Below, in pieces: positions 11,495 through 24,266 of a stretch of DNA of 64,000 nt. Position 1 is the first letter of the stretch; every line of letters starts with the position of its first letter. Under the pieces are notes generated by a model. It made no database searches, was not told where the DNA came from, and saw only the letters and a list, made by a program, of their open reading frames with translations. Position numbers and translations under genes: made by a program. The DNA comes from Carcharhinus amblyrhynchos (Eukaryota), in NCBI GenBank assembly GCA_965287045.1, contig OZ336881.1, forward strand, positions 54,498,001 through 54,562,000, written 5' to 3'.

Positions 11495-12170
11495 TTTTTC
11501 ACTCAGGAAATGTGGGTTTGACTGGCAAGACCAGCTGTGTGCCATTATCACCATTGCGAGTGTGATACCAATCCACTGCTTTGAACCTCTGCAATCCACG
11601 TGTTAGGTTGGGAGTTGCAAGATTTTGACTCAGCACCAGTGAGGGACAGTGATATGTTTCCAAGTCAGGACACTGTGTGATTTGGAGGGGAGGTTATGGT
11701 GTTCCTATGTACCTGTTGCCCTTGTTGCTGGAGGTGGTGGAGGTCAATGATTTGGCAGGTTTCTGCAGAGCATCTAATAGGTAATGCACATTGCAATCAC
11801 AGTGTGCAGTGATGAAAGGTGTGAACTTTTAAGGCAATGAATGGGATGCCAATCAAATAAGCAAATGAAGAGTATTCCATCATGCTCTGGACATATAGAT
11901 GGTAAGTAGATTTCAGAGAGTCAAGAAGTGATATATTCACCACAGAACCTGCAGCTTCTTGGAACCACACTAATTGGTCTAGCTAGGGTAAATGCATGAG
12001 TTATGAGGATAGGGCCTGTGTGGGATTGTGGTTGGTGCATACTCAATAGGCTGAATGGCCTCCTGCACTGTAAGATTCTATGATTCTGTGTGCTTGATGC
12101 AGTTAAGCTACTGGTTAAAGATGATCTTTGGGTTGTTAATGGTGGGATTTTCAGCTATGTTGAGTTTTGA
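11495..12170 (-). mobile_element. Older CR1-like LINE fragment with a nested HE1 tail (~11980-12087, +)
   Basis: Similar to the 13710-13945 family; interrupted by ...aatggcctcctgcactgtaagattctatgattct. Confidence 0.55.
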
Positions 12171-12724
12171 GGTGATGTACTGGAAAGTACATTTACTTTG
12201 TAAAAAGGAGTATGAGCAAAGTAAATGTCACGATGGCCACTGTTTTCTATAGTCTAAAGCAGGATGCGTAGGACACAAGCCCAACCATTCTGCCAGTTAG
12301 CTCAGCAACAATGGAATATGATATCAACCAGGCATATGATATCAAGAAATGGCAGAAGGCATTGAAAATTGCAAAGGTCCAAACAATCTTCTGTAAATAG
12401 TATTGAAGACATGCTTCAGCAGTAGCTGCTCTCTAGCTAAGCTAATCCAGTGCAGTTATAGCACTGGGTTTGTGTTCCAGCAGATAGCATGTTTGAAAAG
12501 CACTTAAGTCAAATTATCCAGTTAAATGTCAGGGATGTTATTCATTAATGCAGTCGGTATGTAGATTTTTTAATACTTTTTTTGTGGAAGAGAGAATTTC
12601 ATTGTCTTATTACTTGAAGCAGAAATTATTACTTGAAATGATCATACTTAATTGTCCATAATTGTCATCTGATTAAGTTGCAGAACTTAAGACTTCATAT
12701 GATTTAATTTTAAGTTGTGGGAAT

Positions 12725-12810
12725 CAGGCAAGATCAGGCAGTATCTGTGGAGAAAGTGCAAAAAGAAAGATGGTCAACATTTTGTATCTCTGATCTTTTG
12801 TCAGAACCCT
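12725..12810. mobile_element. Penelope-derived terminal fragment (decayed)
   Basis: caggcagtatctgtggagaaag...gtcaacattttg...tttgtcagaac; same family as 57983-58079. Confidence 0.5.
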
Positions 12811-13709
12811 GAATTTCAATGGAGAATTCACAGTATTTTGTCTGACCCACCCTAGCCAATGGACACAGGTTTCCTTTTGCCAGATGAATGTTTGGCTGCT
12901 GAAGACTCTCCAAATGAAATTATTTATTGAAGCAGATTCTGTTTGATGTGGAATCCACACACTTTTTCACTAAGGGCACCCTGCATTATTGAAGTGCAAA
13001 AACCTAGTGCAGTTTGACAAGGACTAAGGTTTGGAAGCTTCCAAGTGAAGAGATATTGTTGCAGTTTAGACAATTAAGTCTGTGGCACTTAAAGCTTTTA
13101 GCCTTATCTTCCAATTAGGAGTAACCTACCCATTAGAGAATTGACTGGCAGTGTTATTTCGGGTAAAGTAGGAATAAACAGTCATTTTTTTCAGCTTTTG
13201 TTATTTCACTAGAACAAATTCCTGACTCTAGCCTGCCATTTTGTGACTAAGTTGACCCCTAACACACTTTGCATACCTTGTTTTATTCCTGTCTTTACAC
13301 CAAAGAGAAGATCCTGAATGGCATGTTTAGCAGCACATGTTGCGATAAGCTATCGATTGCAACTATCCCCTTGCTCACGACATGGGCACACATATACACT
13401 TGCAATGTTTCACCAGTTGGAAATGTGGCGTTTCTGCAACTGCTTGTCTCTTTACCATGCAATCATGAAAAGTGCCAAGCATCTGAGATTTGATTCATTC
13501 CTAATTTTCAAATGTGATAGAGGTTTTATCTCTTGCCACGCATCCACCTCATAATTTGGCACCTGACCTCTCACAAGGGACAGAGGAAACCAGTGTATAC
13601 CTAGATGTTCTGAACGATGGAGGGGAACTACTTCCATGCACTTCTTTTGCCATAAGCTTGATCTACATTAAAACTTTACTGTCTCTTAATAAAGTTGAAT
13701 AAAACCAGA

Positions 13710-13945
13710 AATTTTTTTAATTAATTCATTGGATGTGTGTGATGCTGGCTGGCCAGCATTTATTGCCTATCCTTAATTGCCTTTCAAGGTGATGGTGAGC
13801 TGCTGCCTTGAACTGTTGCAGTTCATGTGGTGTAGACACATCCACAGTACTGTTAGGGAGGCTGTTCCAGGTTTTTTATTCAGCGGTAGTGAAGGAACAG
13901 TGATATATTTCCAGATGAGTGGCTTGGAGGGGACCTTCTGCTTTT
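13710..13945 (-). mobile_element. Older CR1-like LINE 3' end
   Basis: Reverse complement of the host element at 4745-5352; another copy lies at ~14615-14830. Confidence 0.65.
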
Positions 13946-15135
13946 TGTTCCTGCATTTGATCCTGCATTTGATCCTACGTTATTCAAAACGCTGACTTAC
14001 CAGTAAGAATATTTTCTATTTCCGATTTGATATCTTTCAAGAGAGCACATGAGGGAACCCACAACAATATCACTGGTAGCTAGTTGTTGAAGATGGTAAA
14101 TGAAGTGCACCAGTACTAAAATTGTCTCAACACCCCCCACGAGGTAACTTGGTGGCTTGTGACTCTAATCATTAAGATTGATGCTATGCCCATCAAACAT
14201 TAACCTTGCCTAGAGAAATTTATTTGTTTTGTAATAAGCCCATCCACACCTTCCATCCTTTTAATAGGCAATATAGACTGGTTCATCGAAGCCTATATTT
14301 TGAGTGCCCGTACCACCATTTTTAATCTCTTGTGCAAATTGGATGCACTTCAACCCACTGAGGTACATGCCAGCTTAATATATTGCAGTTTCCAACAAAC
14401 CTGTGTGCATCTTTGGCATTAGTATAGCAGTTGACTTTGCCTGCAGATCAGCAGAAGGCTGCAAAAGCACTTGTCATCATCAGCTATCATGTCTGCTTCA
14501 TTGGTCCCAAGTTTAATAGCAGTATGGCTGGGTGCTTTGTTTATTCATTTGTACCATAGGGGTCATCAGTTACGAAAAACTGAAGTGGGACTTCCTTTCT
14601 ATTTGTTTACAAAAGTGAATTTCGCTGGCCACGCCAGCATTCAGTAACTGCCCCTAATTCCCCTTGAGAAGGTGATGGTGAACCACCTTCCTGGACACAG
14701 AATTCTTGTGGTGAAAATATTCTCAGTGGTGTTCCAGTGAGTGTTCCAGGATTTTGACCCATTCATGATGAAGAAATGGTGAACATTTCGAAATTGGGTA
14801 CTGTGTGAATTAAGGAAACTTAGAAGTCATGCTGTTTTGCTCCTGAACCTATTCCATTATTCAGTTAGATTATAGTTAATTGTTACCTCAATTCTATTTA
14901 CTTGCTTCATTCCCTAACCTTTAACACGCTTTTCTCACAAAATTCTTAAGCGTTTGAGTTGACGTATTCAGTTTGTCAATCGTCAAAATGTTTTACGCTG
15001 TCTTGGTGAGGCCTGCATCATACTGCAGGCAGCTCAGAACTTTCTTCTTGTTAAAGAAGATAACTAACCAGCAGTCTGAAGTTATCAGCTTTGGAGCAAT
15101 AGCATTCTTCTTCATCATCAGCATAGCGACAACAG

Positions 15136-15418
15136 GCAGTCAGTGGTACAGTGGTTAGCACTGCTGCCTCACAGCACCAGGGACCCAAGTTCGATTCCTG
15201 CCTTGAGTCACTGTGTGGAGTCTGCATGTTCTCCCCGTGTCTGAGTGGGTTTCCTCCGGATGCTTCAGTTTTCTCCCACCGTCAGAAAGATGTGCTGGTT
15301 AGGTGGACTGGCCGTGCTAAATTCTTCCTCCTATACGCGAATAGATGCGGAATGTCGTGACTAGGGGAATTTTACAGTAACTTCATCACATGCTAATGTA
15401 AGCCTACTGTGACACTAC
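15136..15418 (+). mobile_element. V-SINE, B tail
   Basis: tRNA-like head gtggttagcactgctgcctcacag...gttcgattcc, V core and B tail. Confidence 0.85.
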
Positions 15419-16186
15419 AGCATCCTATTTGCAACTGTGTTTGGCAAAACTCTGCAGGTTATTCAGATAAATAGATTTAACAGAAGTAGTATCTTCCATT
15501 ACTGAGTCTTAATGGTTTCTACAAAATTATCAGTTGACTGATGATAGCAATGAACTTGTCTATCCATTTTTCAACTAAAAATTTGGAATGGCTGTAACAG
15601 CACCTCAGCATTCTCGAGATTCAGGCAACATTTCCTTCTTTGACCTGCCACAGTTTGCAGTCACCTGAAGCTCTTACTCTGAGAGGCAGAAGTTCAATTA
15701 CAGATGATGGCAGAGGAGGAAATTGCGTGTGTGGATCTGGTGATAATAGTTGTACTTCAAGTGAAGTCATCGAGCAGGAGTATATCACTGTCCATCAAGT
15801 GTAATGGTCACAAAGCAGCATCACTGCTGAAGGCAGTAACTAAATGTCAAAAGTATGTAATTTGTAGTGAAGTGCTTTGGAACGTGCTGAGGATGTAAAA
15901 AGTGCTCTGTAAATACAAGTTTTTTTTCTGATAATTTAACTTACATGGTAGACAGGTCCAGTTTCGACTGCTTTCTTAGTTCCTTCTTAATTGCATCATT
16001 TAGTGACTTAGTATTGTATTTATGTTAAAGACTGGTATTCTAAAATAAACCTTTTGTTTCTTTAGTTATTTGAACTGATGAGGCCCTGGGTGCAACTGAT
16101 TCATTGCTTTTTGTGGTTATTTTCAATTAATATTAAGCAGAAATGTTGAATAGTTGTACAGTTAGACATGAAGCATTCTGACATAT

Positions 16187-16393
16187 GGGGTGGGATTTTC
16201 CAGCTGTTCCCATGGCAGGATTTTCCAGTTCCACTGACAGAACCCTCCCCTACCTCCCGCTGCGGGTTCCCCAGCGACGGAGGCTGAGAACAACATGAAA
16301 CCCTGTTGACAGCATTGGGACCAGAAGACCCTGTCACTGGCCGACGGATGGGTTGCCTCCACTGCTGCATGATTGGAAGTTAAAATTCCTTCC
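16187..16393. mobile_element. MITE-like element (PIF/Harbinger-like ends)
   Basis: ggggtgggattttcc...aaaattccttcc imperfect TIRs; GC-rich body in AT-rich flanks. Confidence 0.45.
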
Positions 16394-18040
16394 ATTAAGT
16401 ACATTTTTTATATTTGGCATTTTTGTAAAACTTTGGCAGCTTGGGTATGCAAGTATATTTTTATCCTTAATTCTCCTCAGAAATGAGCATTGCTACTTGA
16501 TAGAAATTATGTCTATTTGTTTTTCTTCACAATGGTATAAAAATGAAATTTGTTTTCTTGTGAAGTGTGGCAACTAAGATATTGAAAAGCTGATGGGATA
16601 TATATCATGCTTTTGTATCTGTGTTTCTAGTTTTTTTAATGCGGAGAAATACTCTGCATGGTTTGAGGTTTAACTGTTTGTTTTGTGATAGAGCGAGTTG
16701 TTGGCTGGAGTCAAATATTTGCCTTCTTTGCTTCAAACTAGTCTTTTTGCAGGTTTTGTTTGCCCAGATGGAAGTGACTACCCTTGAGTATAAGCCAGAA
16801 TAACTTATATATAACTTGAGGTGTCTTTTCCTCTTAGTGATTTTGTACTTGACATTTTTTTGGGGTGGTTTGTTTTTCTCCCACTTCTATGAAGTATCAA
16901 AGTAATACTTAGGTCGGGTACTTTTTCATTTGCAACTTGTCACCACTTTTTCTCTTGTGTTTTACTAAGTTTTTTGAGGCATTCTGTGTAATACTAAGAC
17001 TTCATTAGATTGTGGAAGGTTTTTCCAAAAGAAGATTGGGTGTTGTAATTAAATACTTCAAACTTATAAAGCTGAGCTTATGCGTACTAATACTGAAATA
17101 TTTGGAAAGATTTGATGTGTTACCTAGCAACGTGGGAGGACTGGGTTTTTGCTGAGCTTATTTCTGTATAGTGCAGTTAGCTCTAGGCCAATGTAGAAGG
17201 ATACTTTGGACAGTAAAAACAGTAAGTAAACCAGCTGGATTACAGTTTTTTTATGTTTAAATGCAGTCAGTGAAACAGAGATCCCTTTAAGAATGCAAAG
17301 TTGAATTTTAAATTGCACAATCTATTGAAGCAGGTAATTTCACGGTTTGTTAAGGAGATAAATTTAATTTTGATGGTTTACGTTGGCAGCATTTTAGTAT
17401 CATTAGAAACAAAGTTTACACAAAGTATGACTGTTTTCTTGCCATTTCTGTCATGGATGATAAAAATGCAACAAGACGGCAGTTTAAGGTATAGTGTTCT
17501 GGACAACATCATGTTTTGAGATGAGCTGCAGGAGTGCAGTGTAAACTGTGGCGAAGACTTTTGGTTTGGGCACTGCCTGACTGCAGTGTTAGCTGTGCAC
17601 ATTACTGATATCTCACCATTTAGTGGTTAGGACACCGAGCAGTGTGACATTGGCAATACGCTCACCCAAAACGGCAGTCAGAAGGTCTGAGCTTGTGTCA
17701 TTTTCATTAACATTGCGCGTTGGTGAGCTGTAAGCACCAAGCAGGCTGCCATTTGTTGGTTTTGCACATGGGAAAATGGCACAGATAGGCATGGGAAGAA
17801 GTGGGGTGTGGTTAGTGGAAGAGTGGCAAGTCAAGGCTGTAGGAATTTTGAGATTGTGCTCCGACAGGATCCATTAAAAAAAAGCAAAATCTATCTTTTG
17901 GGAGTGGCTTCCAGTGATACCTTTAAGGATGGCTGCAGGATTCTCTTGATACTTAGTGAGATGGAATTAATGTATCTATTTCTGTTTTAAGTATTGCAAT
18001 TGGAATTTTACAGCCAGCTTATTATGCCAGTTTACTGAAC

Positions 18041-18345
18041 TGGACACGGTGGCACAGTGGTTAGCACTGCTGCCTCACAGTGCCAGGGACCCAGGTTCGG
18101 GATTCCCAGCTTAGGTGCCTGCCCGTGCAGAGTCTGCATGTTCTCCCCGTGTCTGCATGGGTTTCCCCCAGGTGCTCCGGTTTCCTCCCACAGTCCGAAA
18201 GACAAGCTAGTTAGGTGCATTGGCCATGCTATATTCTCCCTGAGTGTACCCAAACTGGCAACAGAGTGTGGCGATTCGGGGATTTTCACAGTAACCTCAT
18301 AGCAGTGTTAATATAAGCCTACTTTTTGTGACACTAATAAATAAA
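18041..18345 (+). mobile_element. V-SINE, B tail
   Basis: Full head, core and tail ending in tgtgacactaataaataaa. Confidence 0.85.
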
Positions 18346-19550
18346 TGTTTGTGCCTCTTTTGGGCAGAAAGTGTTGAGCCCTCATTAAAGGCTGGCTAAA
18401 ACTTGATTGAGATAGGCGAATGACTGCAAGGTCCTTAGTGACCTTTCAATTGGCAGTCACTCCATTTTAGACATGAAACGGGTGAGGTGACCAGCAGTTG
18501 GAGTTCTGTCCATACATCTTGGTTTTCGAAAGGAGGATCTGTGAACATGAACCCACAGAATCTTTGAAATATTAAATGCCGTACTGGCTGAAGGGCTCAT
18601 CTTACCTTGGTTCCTTCAGCTTCCGTGACTTGAATGTTTCTTCCAGTAAAGACACAAAATTTAAATAATTATCATCGAATTTTGTCATTGGTACAAACAT
18701 TTAATTTGGTAGAAAGCAAATGTCAAATATTCCAATATGATTGAGGTATTGTGCCACTTTTAGGTTAAACAAATAGTGTCTTAAGACTGAAATCCAGCTA
18801 GTTTTTGAGAATTTTTCAATGAATCCATGGTTAGCCATCGACTAAACCAAAGATAATTATGCCTGATTTGTTGAACAGAATCTAAACGATTGAATAAATA
18901 TAGAAACTATACTCTCACTGGATGGCTTATTGATCCCCAAGTTATTGCATCAGCATAAATGAACAAAACTGACCATTTTATGAGTATAGTGAGTCATTTT
19001 GTTCAATTAGCCTTTTATTTTTAAAAAGACTGGAATTTTTTTTCGTAGTTGACAGATTTGACTTTTTGCTTTCTCTCCATCTTTCTCTCTTTCCCATCTC
19101 GTGTTAACCTCTGCCAGTATCTGACTGCTTAATAATGAGCACAAATAAGCTTTTGTAATGATCGTGTGGATGCAGCACTTAAGTAGCATTTGCCAAAAGC
19201 AATTTTCAGTAACCATGGCTGTCCAATTGGTTGTACTAATTAACGTGAGTCAATTGTATTAATGAGTATGCCACCAGTAGCATCTCCACTGTTTTCACTT
19301 CAACCTCATCTGTATTATTTCTGAGTCAAAATGAGCAGCATTAGATAAACAAGTGCCATTCACCAGTTATTTAAAGATATGATTAACTTTTTTGCCTGTC
19401 TGTGATGTGCCATTTAAAATAGCAGTGCTGTTCAAATTGCACGAGGAAACTGTAAAGGTACAAATATTAGGTAAACAAATACAATTGGCACACTCTTCCA
19501 ATTGCATTTGGAAGATGTTTGTTATTTCAGGATTTGATAAGAAGTTAAGT

Positions 19551-19797
19551 TTAAAGTTTATTTATTAGTCACAAGTAAGGTGTGCATTAACACTGGAATG
19601 AAGTTACTGTGAAATTCCCCTGGCGCCTGTTCGGATCAATGCATCTAACCAGCACGTCTTCCAAAATGTGGGAGGAAACTGGAACACCCAGAGCAAACCC
19701 ATGCAGACACGGGAAGAACAAACAAACTCCACACAGACATTGACCCAAGCCGAGAATCAAACCCAGGTCCCTGGCACTGTGAAGCCATGCCGCCCCA
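19551..19797 (-). mobile_element. V-SINE, B tail
   Basis: Reverse complement of a B-type SINE, adjacent to the CR1 tail. Confidence 0.8.
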
Positions 19798-19811
19798 ATT
19801 CATCATTTTAT

Positions 19812-20902
19812 ACATAAGAACATAAGAACATAAGAAATAGGAGCAGGAGTAGGCCATCTGGCCCTTCGAGCCTGCCCCGCCATTCAATAAGATCATGGCT
19901 GATCTGTCGTGGCTCAGTTCCACTTTCCCGCCCTCTCCCCATAACCCTTAATCCCCTCTCTTATCAAAAACCCATCAACCCGCTTCTTAAAAATATTTAG
20001 CGAGGCAGCCTCCACCACTTCAACGGGCAGAGAATTCCAGAGATTCACCACCCTTTGAGTGAAGAAGTTCCTCCTCAACTCCGTTCTGAACTGCCCCCCC
20101 TTTATCTTGAGGCTGTGCCCCCTAGTCCTACTGTCTTTTTTGAGCGGGAAGAGTCTTTCCACCTCTATCCTATCCATCCCATTCATCATCTTATACGTCT
20201 CAATGAGATCTCCCCTCATTCTTCTAAACTCTAACGAGTACAAGCCTAGTTTATTCAGCCTCTCCTCATAGCTCAACCCCCTCAACTCTGGTATCAGCCT
20301 AGTAAACCTCCTCTGCACTCCCTCCAAGGCCAAAATATCCTTGCGCAGGTGCGGCGCCCAAAACTGCACACAGTACTCCAGCTGCGGCCTCACCAATGCC
20401 CTATACAGCTGCAGCAAGACCTCCCTACTTTTATATTCAATCCCCCTCGCTATGAAGGCCAGCATCCCATTCGCCTTCCTGACCACCTGCTGCACCTGCA
20501 GGCTGGGTTTTTGCGACTCATGCACAAGGACCCCGAGGTCCCTCTGCACCGTCGCCTGCTGCAGTTTTTCGCCACGTAAGTAATAGTCCTTCCTACCATT
20601 CTTCCTACCAAAGTGGACCACCTCACACTTGCCAACATTAAATTCCATTTGCCATTTCCTGGCCCATTCACCCAGCCTATCTAGATCCTTCTGCAGACTC
20701 TCCACACCCTCCGCACAATTTGCCTTTCCCCCAATCTTGGTGTCATCAGCAAATTTCGACACCCTACACTCGGTTCCCTCCTCCAGATCATCTATATAAA
20801 TGGTAAATAGCTGAGGCCCCAGCACCGACCCCTGGGGCACCCCACTAGTCACCAACCGCCAATCCGAATAGCACCCATTGACCCCCACTCTCTGCCTCCT
20901 AT
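19812..20902 (-). mobile_element. 5'-truncated CR1/HER1-type LINE with uninterrupted ORF2 RT C-half (ORF 19914-20888)
   Basis: 324-aa open frame with VTSGVPQGSVLGP, KFADD, LEYCVQFWAP and FFTQRVVNLWNSLP; (aacataag)n tail. Confidence 0.95.
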
Positions 20903-21600
20903 TATCATATCAGACTTCTGACTTTACTGGCAGCCTTTTGGTGAACTTGAGGCTGGCCATTCATATCACCTGTCCACTTAATTTGTGGTTATCGAAAGAC
21001 AAGGCAAATTCTTTGGAAAGGTCCACACGCCCAACATAACAGGCTGTTGCAAATCCCAGCACATCTGATATAAAGAGGATGTGAAATGGGTAATAAAACC
21101 AACGTTGCAAGATTCTAGTATTACTGCTGACTTCAAGAAGACTGTTGGAGGTGATCTCTAAAGAAAAGCCCAGCTCCCTAGAAAATACAGCTGAAGCTGA
21201 TTAAGCTGTAGCATTATTTAAAGAATCCTATCAAGTTTGTACTTGCCGTAAAAGATGTCAAGCAGAGGAAGTTATTATTTAGAAGTACAAGTATACATGA
21301 GAAATATTTAAGTTGAATATAAATGATCAGGTTAATTGTTAGAGCTGTGCTATGACAGGGGAGAAAGTTCCTCAATTCCCTTTCCCTTCTATCCTTAATC
21401 ACTGTGGTTTATTTTTAATGAGGCTGATGTGTGTGTTCCCAAAACTCTGTTAGTGTGTGGTTAATTTAAAAGTCACCCGCAGCAGCCTTTCATGAATTTA
21501 AACACTGGGTATCATTTATTCACATACTGGAAAGCATACTCTATATCAATGGTGCAACACACACACCCAAGAAAGGCACAATTAAAGAAGCTGGTATACT

Positions 21601-21762
21601 TAGAATCATAGAATCTCTACAGTGCAGAAGGAGGCCATTTGGCCTATTGAATCTGCACCGATCACAATCCCACCCAAACCCTATTCCCATAGCCCCTCAT
21701 ACTTACCCTGACACTAGGGTAATTTAGCATGGCCAATCAACCTAACCTGCACATCTTTGGAC
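21601..21762 (-). mobile_element. HE1-like SINE 3' fragment
   Basis: tagaatcatagaatc...cagtgcagaaggaggccatt...ttagcatggccaatcaacctaacc. Confidence 0.8.
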
Positions 21763-22540
21763 ACTTCTACAAGTATTATTTCTACAAACAGAACAGTTAG
21801 TACTTCACGTCTTGGAGAGTCCAGTGACGAGAGGAGCTTTTTCCCACTCGAATTGAAGTTCAGTAAGATGGCTGGGTTAAACCTGCGTTATTTGCAGGGT
21901 TCCTTTGAAGTAAATATTATTCACGATTGTGTAGACAGGTCCTGATGGCTGTTGCAGCCAGAGATCTAATTTCTTACAGGTGAAATTGAAATTGTTTGAA
22001 ACAGGTTAGAGGAGGTTTTTAAAACACTTTTGGCTTCATCGATCTTGATAAGGCAAGATCACACTGCCTATCTTTGGAGCTGTAGTTCTGTAGTTTGCCT
22101 GGTCTCTCTCAGTTTTTGAATAAAAGGATTAAAAATCAGAGCAGTTTTGATCAGATGATGCACATTGATACACAATGGAAGATAAATGATGGTATTTCGT
22201 AATGAAAGGTGACTTTTCAGTCACGTGGCCAAAAGGCATTTATATACAATAATCTTTAGCATTTCGTATTGGATACTCAGTCTTCACAACCCTCCTTTGT
22301 TACATGCCATACCTGGAGTCAGAGATTCTGGGAGTTTATTATCTCTGTTTTGGAGAAGCCTTGACAAAAGTAGATGTGAAATTTCACAGAAGAGTGCTAT
22401 TTAGGTATGTCCATCCAAGGAAGACTCCTGTCTGTTATCATCCACTTTAGAAGTTGTCAGAAAGCTTGCTGGGCTGTTGAACTTGCAAATGTCAGATGAG
22501 CCCCATGGCAGCCATCTTTTAGCTCATCAGGGTCCATTTT

Positions 22541-22779
22541 CATAGAATTGTAGTGTCCAACAGTGCAGAAGGAGACCATTCGGCCTATTGAGTCTGCACC
22601 AACCACAATCCCACCAAGGCCCTATCCCCATGACACCTTGCATTTACCCTAGCTAATCCTTCTGACATAAGGGGCAATTTAGCATGGTCAATCCACCTAG
22701 GCTGCACATCTTTGGACTACGGGAGGAAACTGGAGCACCCAGAGGGAGCCCACGCAGACACAGGGAGAATGTGCAGACT
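22541..22779 (-). mobile_element. HE1-like SINE, 5'-truncated
   Basis: Tail plus V core in reverse orientation. Confidence 0.8.
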
Positions 22780-22999
22780 TTAAAAGCAATACAGTTTTTA
22801 AAAGAAAATGTGAGATCTTCAGGGCTTTACTGACATGACCATTTCCTTTGAGCAAGTTTAGAAAATACCCTGAAATAAACCTAGCACTAAGATTATTTTC
22901 TCATTCATTGTTTAATAAGTTCTTTTGTACAAACTGGGCGGGGAAATGGCCTCTGCATCTGTAAATAGTTCTTTCAGGCATGAAGCTAAGCTCAGGTTT

Positions 23000-23210
23000 A
23001 CCTGTTTGGTAGCTTAAATGGAAGTTAAGGATCTCATGGCAAGTTTTGAAGAGCAGAAGTTTGTTTTTGTTCTAGCCATTCCTTCCTCAACTGTTAGCAC
23101 CACTGAAAATAAATGTACTGATCATTCATCTCATTGATGTTTGTGAGGATCTTGTATATAAAACAGCTGCTGTAATTTATCATGCAAAATTTCAAAAAGA
23201 ATTCATTATA
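23000..23210 (+). mobile_element. Deu-SINE central domain relic
   Basis: ggatctcatggc...gaagagcag...ccttcctcaac...tcattcatctcattgatgtttgtgaggatcttg resembles the recalled Deu domain. Confidence 0.55.
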
Positions 23211-23524
23211 TGATAGAGATGTTTAATTGAGACTCAATTTAGGGTACAGCATAAAATCATGGCTTTATTTTTAAATTTCATGAAAACATAATGGATTCAA
23301 AGATAGGAAGCTGCATTTGAATGAGTTGCTCTTGGAAAATTGTTGCATTTTAAGTTGTCCTTTGGATCCTCTGGACATAGATAAATGCTATTTGGTTAAA
23401 ATATACTACAGTTTCTTTTATCTCAAGCAACAGCATTTACTTCGTAAAACTGCATGTATGCTTTCTGTATTAACTTTATTTCAATATGGATCAATTGGTA
23501 CCACTGTCTGCTGTTTTAAAAGTT

Positions 23525-23810
23525 CTTATGTTCAAATCTCACTCCAGGGCTTGAGCACATCGTTGAGGTTACCATTCAGTGCAATAGTTGGAGAATGCGG
23601 TGTTGTTGGATGCATGAGTTACACCTTGCCTTCAGTCATTTTCGCAAGGCAGGGAATTCTGGTATCTTGGCTGAGAAAGTTCCCTTACCAAAAGTACCTA
23701 AACTGAGATTAATCTGGTTGATCATCTCATTTACCCTTTATAAGCTGGTGCTGCACCTAGTTTGGCTCCTGTGTTTATATATGTAAGTGAAGAAATAATT
23801 TGTTTAATAG
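23525..23810 (+). mobile_element. Deu-SINE relic
   Basis: gttcaaatctcactccagggcttgagcac head, then gcagggaattctggt...gattaatctggttgatcatctcatt. Confidence 0.5.
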
Positions 23811-24153
23811 CACTTTGATATTTTTAGCAACATGTTGAGATGCAAGTCTTTTAATGACTGGGCTTTATTCCAAATTGTTCAAAATTAAAAGGCTAAAATC
23901 CTTTAGCTTGCAAATCATCATTACAAGATTTTTAATATGTTTAGTTTGAATAGTTTGTTTTAGGAAGTTGTGTCTCAACTAGACATTGAAAGATTGCCTT
24001 CAACATTGAATGCAATTGCAGGTTATTTGGTTTGCAGTTATCGTGCCAAGAACAGTCCTAACATTGCGTTGAGCATGTGGATAGGAAAATGGCTTGTGAG
24101 GGAGCTATTGAATGCCTATCCTTCAGTTAAAATGGATTCATCTGGTTCCTGAA

Positions 24154-24266
24154 CTGATGAAAGGTCATCGACTGAAAACGTTAGCTCTGTTTCTCATTAC
24201 AGATGCTGAGTGTTTCCAGCATTTTTTGTCTTTCAGATTTCCAGCATCTGCGGTATTTTGCTTTTT
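24154..24266 (+). mobile_element. Penelope-derived terminal fragment with a minimal hammerhead motif (24154-24185)
   Basis: CTGATGA-aa-ggtc/atc/gact-GAAA-acgtta, followed by tgctgagtgtttccagcatttt...tcagatttccagcatctgc. Confidence 0.6.

Noticed and set aside
15136-15200. tRNA-like sequences (gtggttagc...gttcgattcc)
   Set aside because: These are SINE heads continuing into the V core, with no proper cloverleaf; not tRNA genes.
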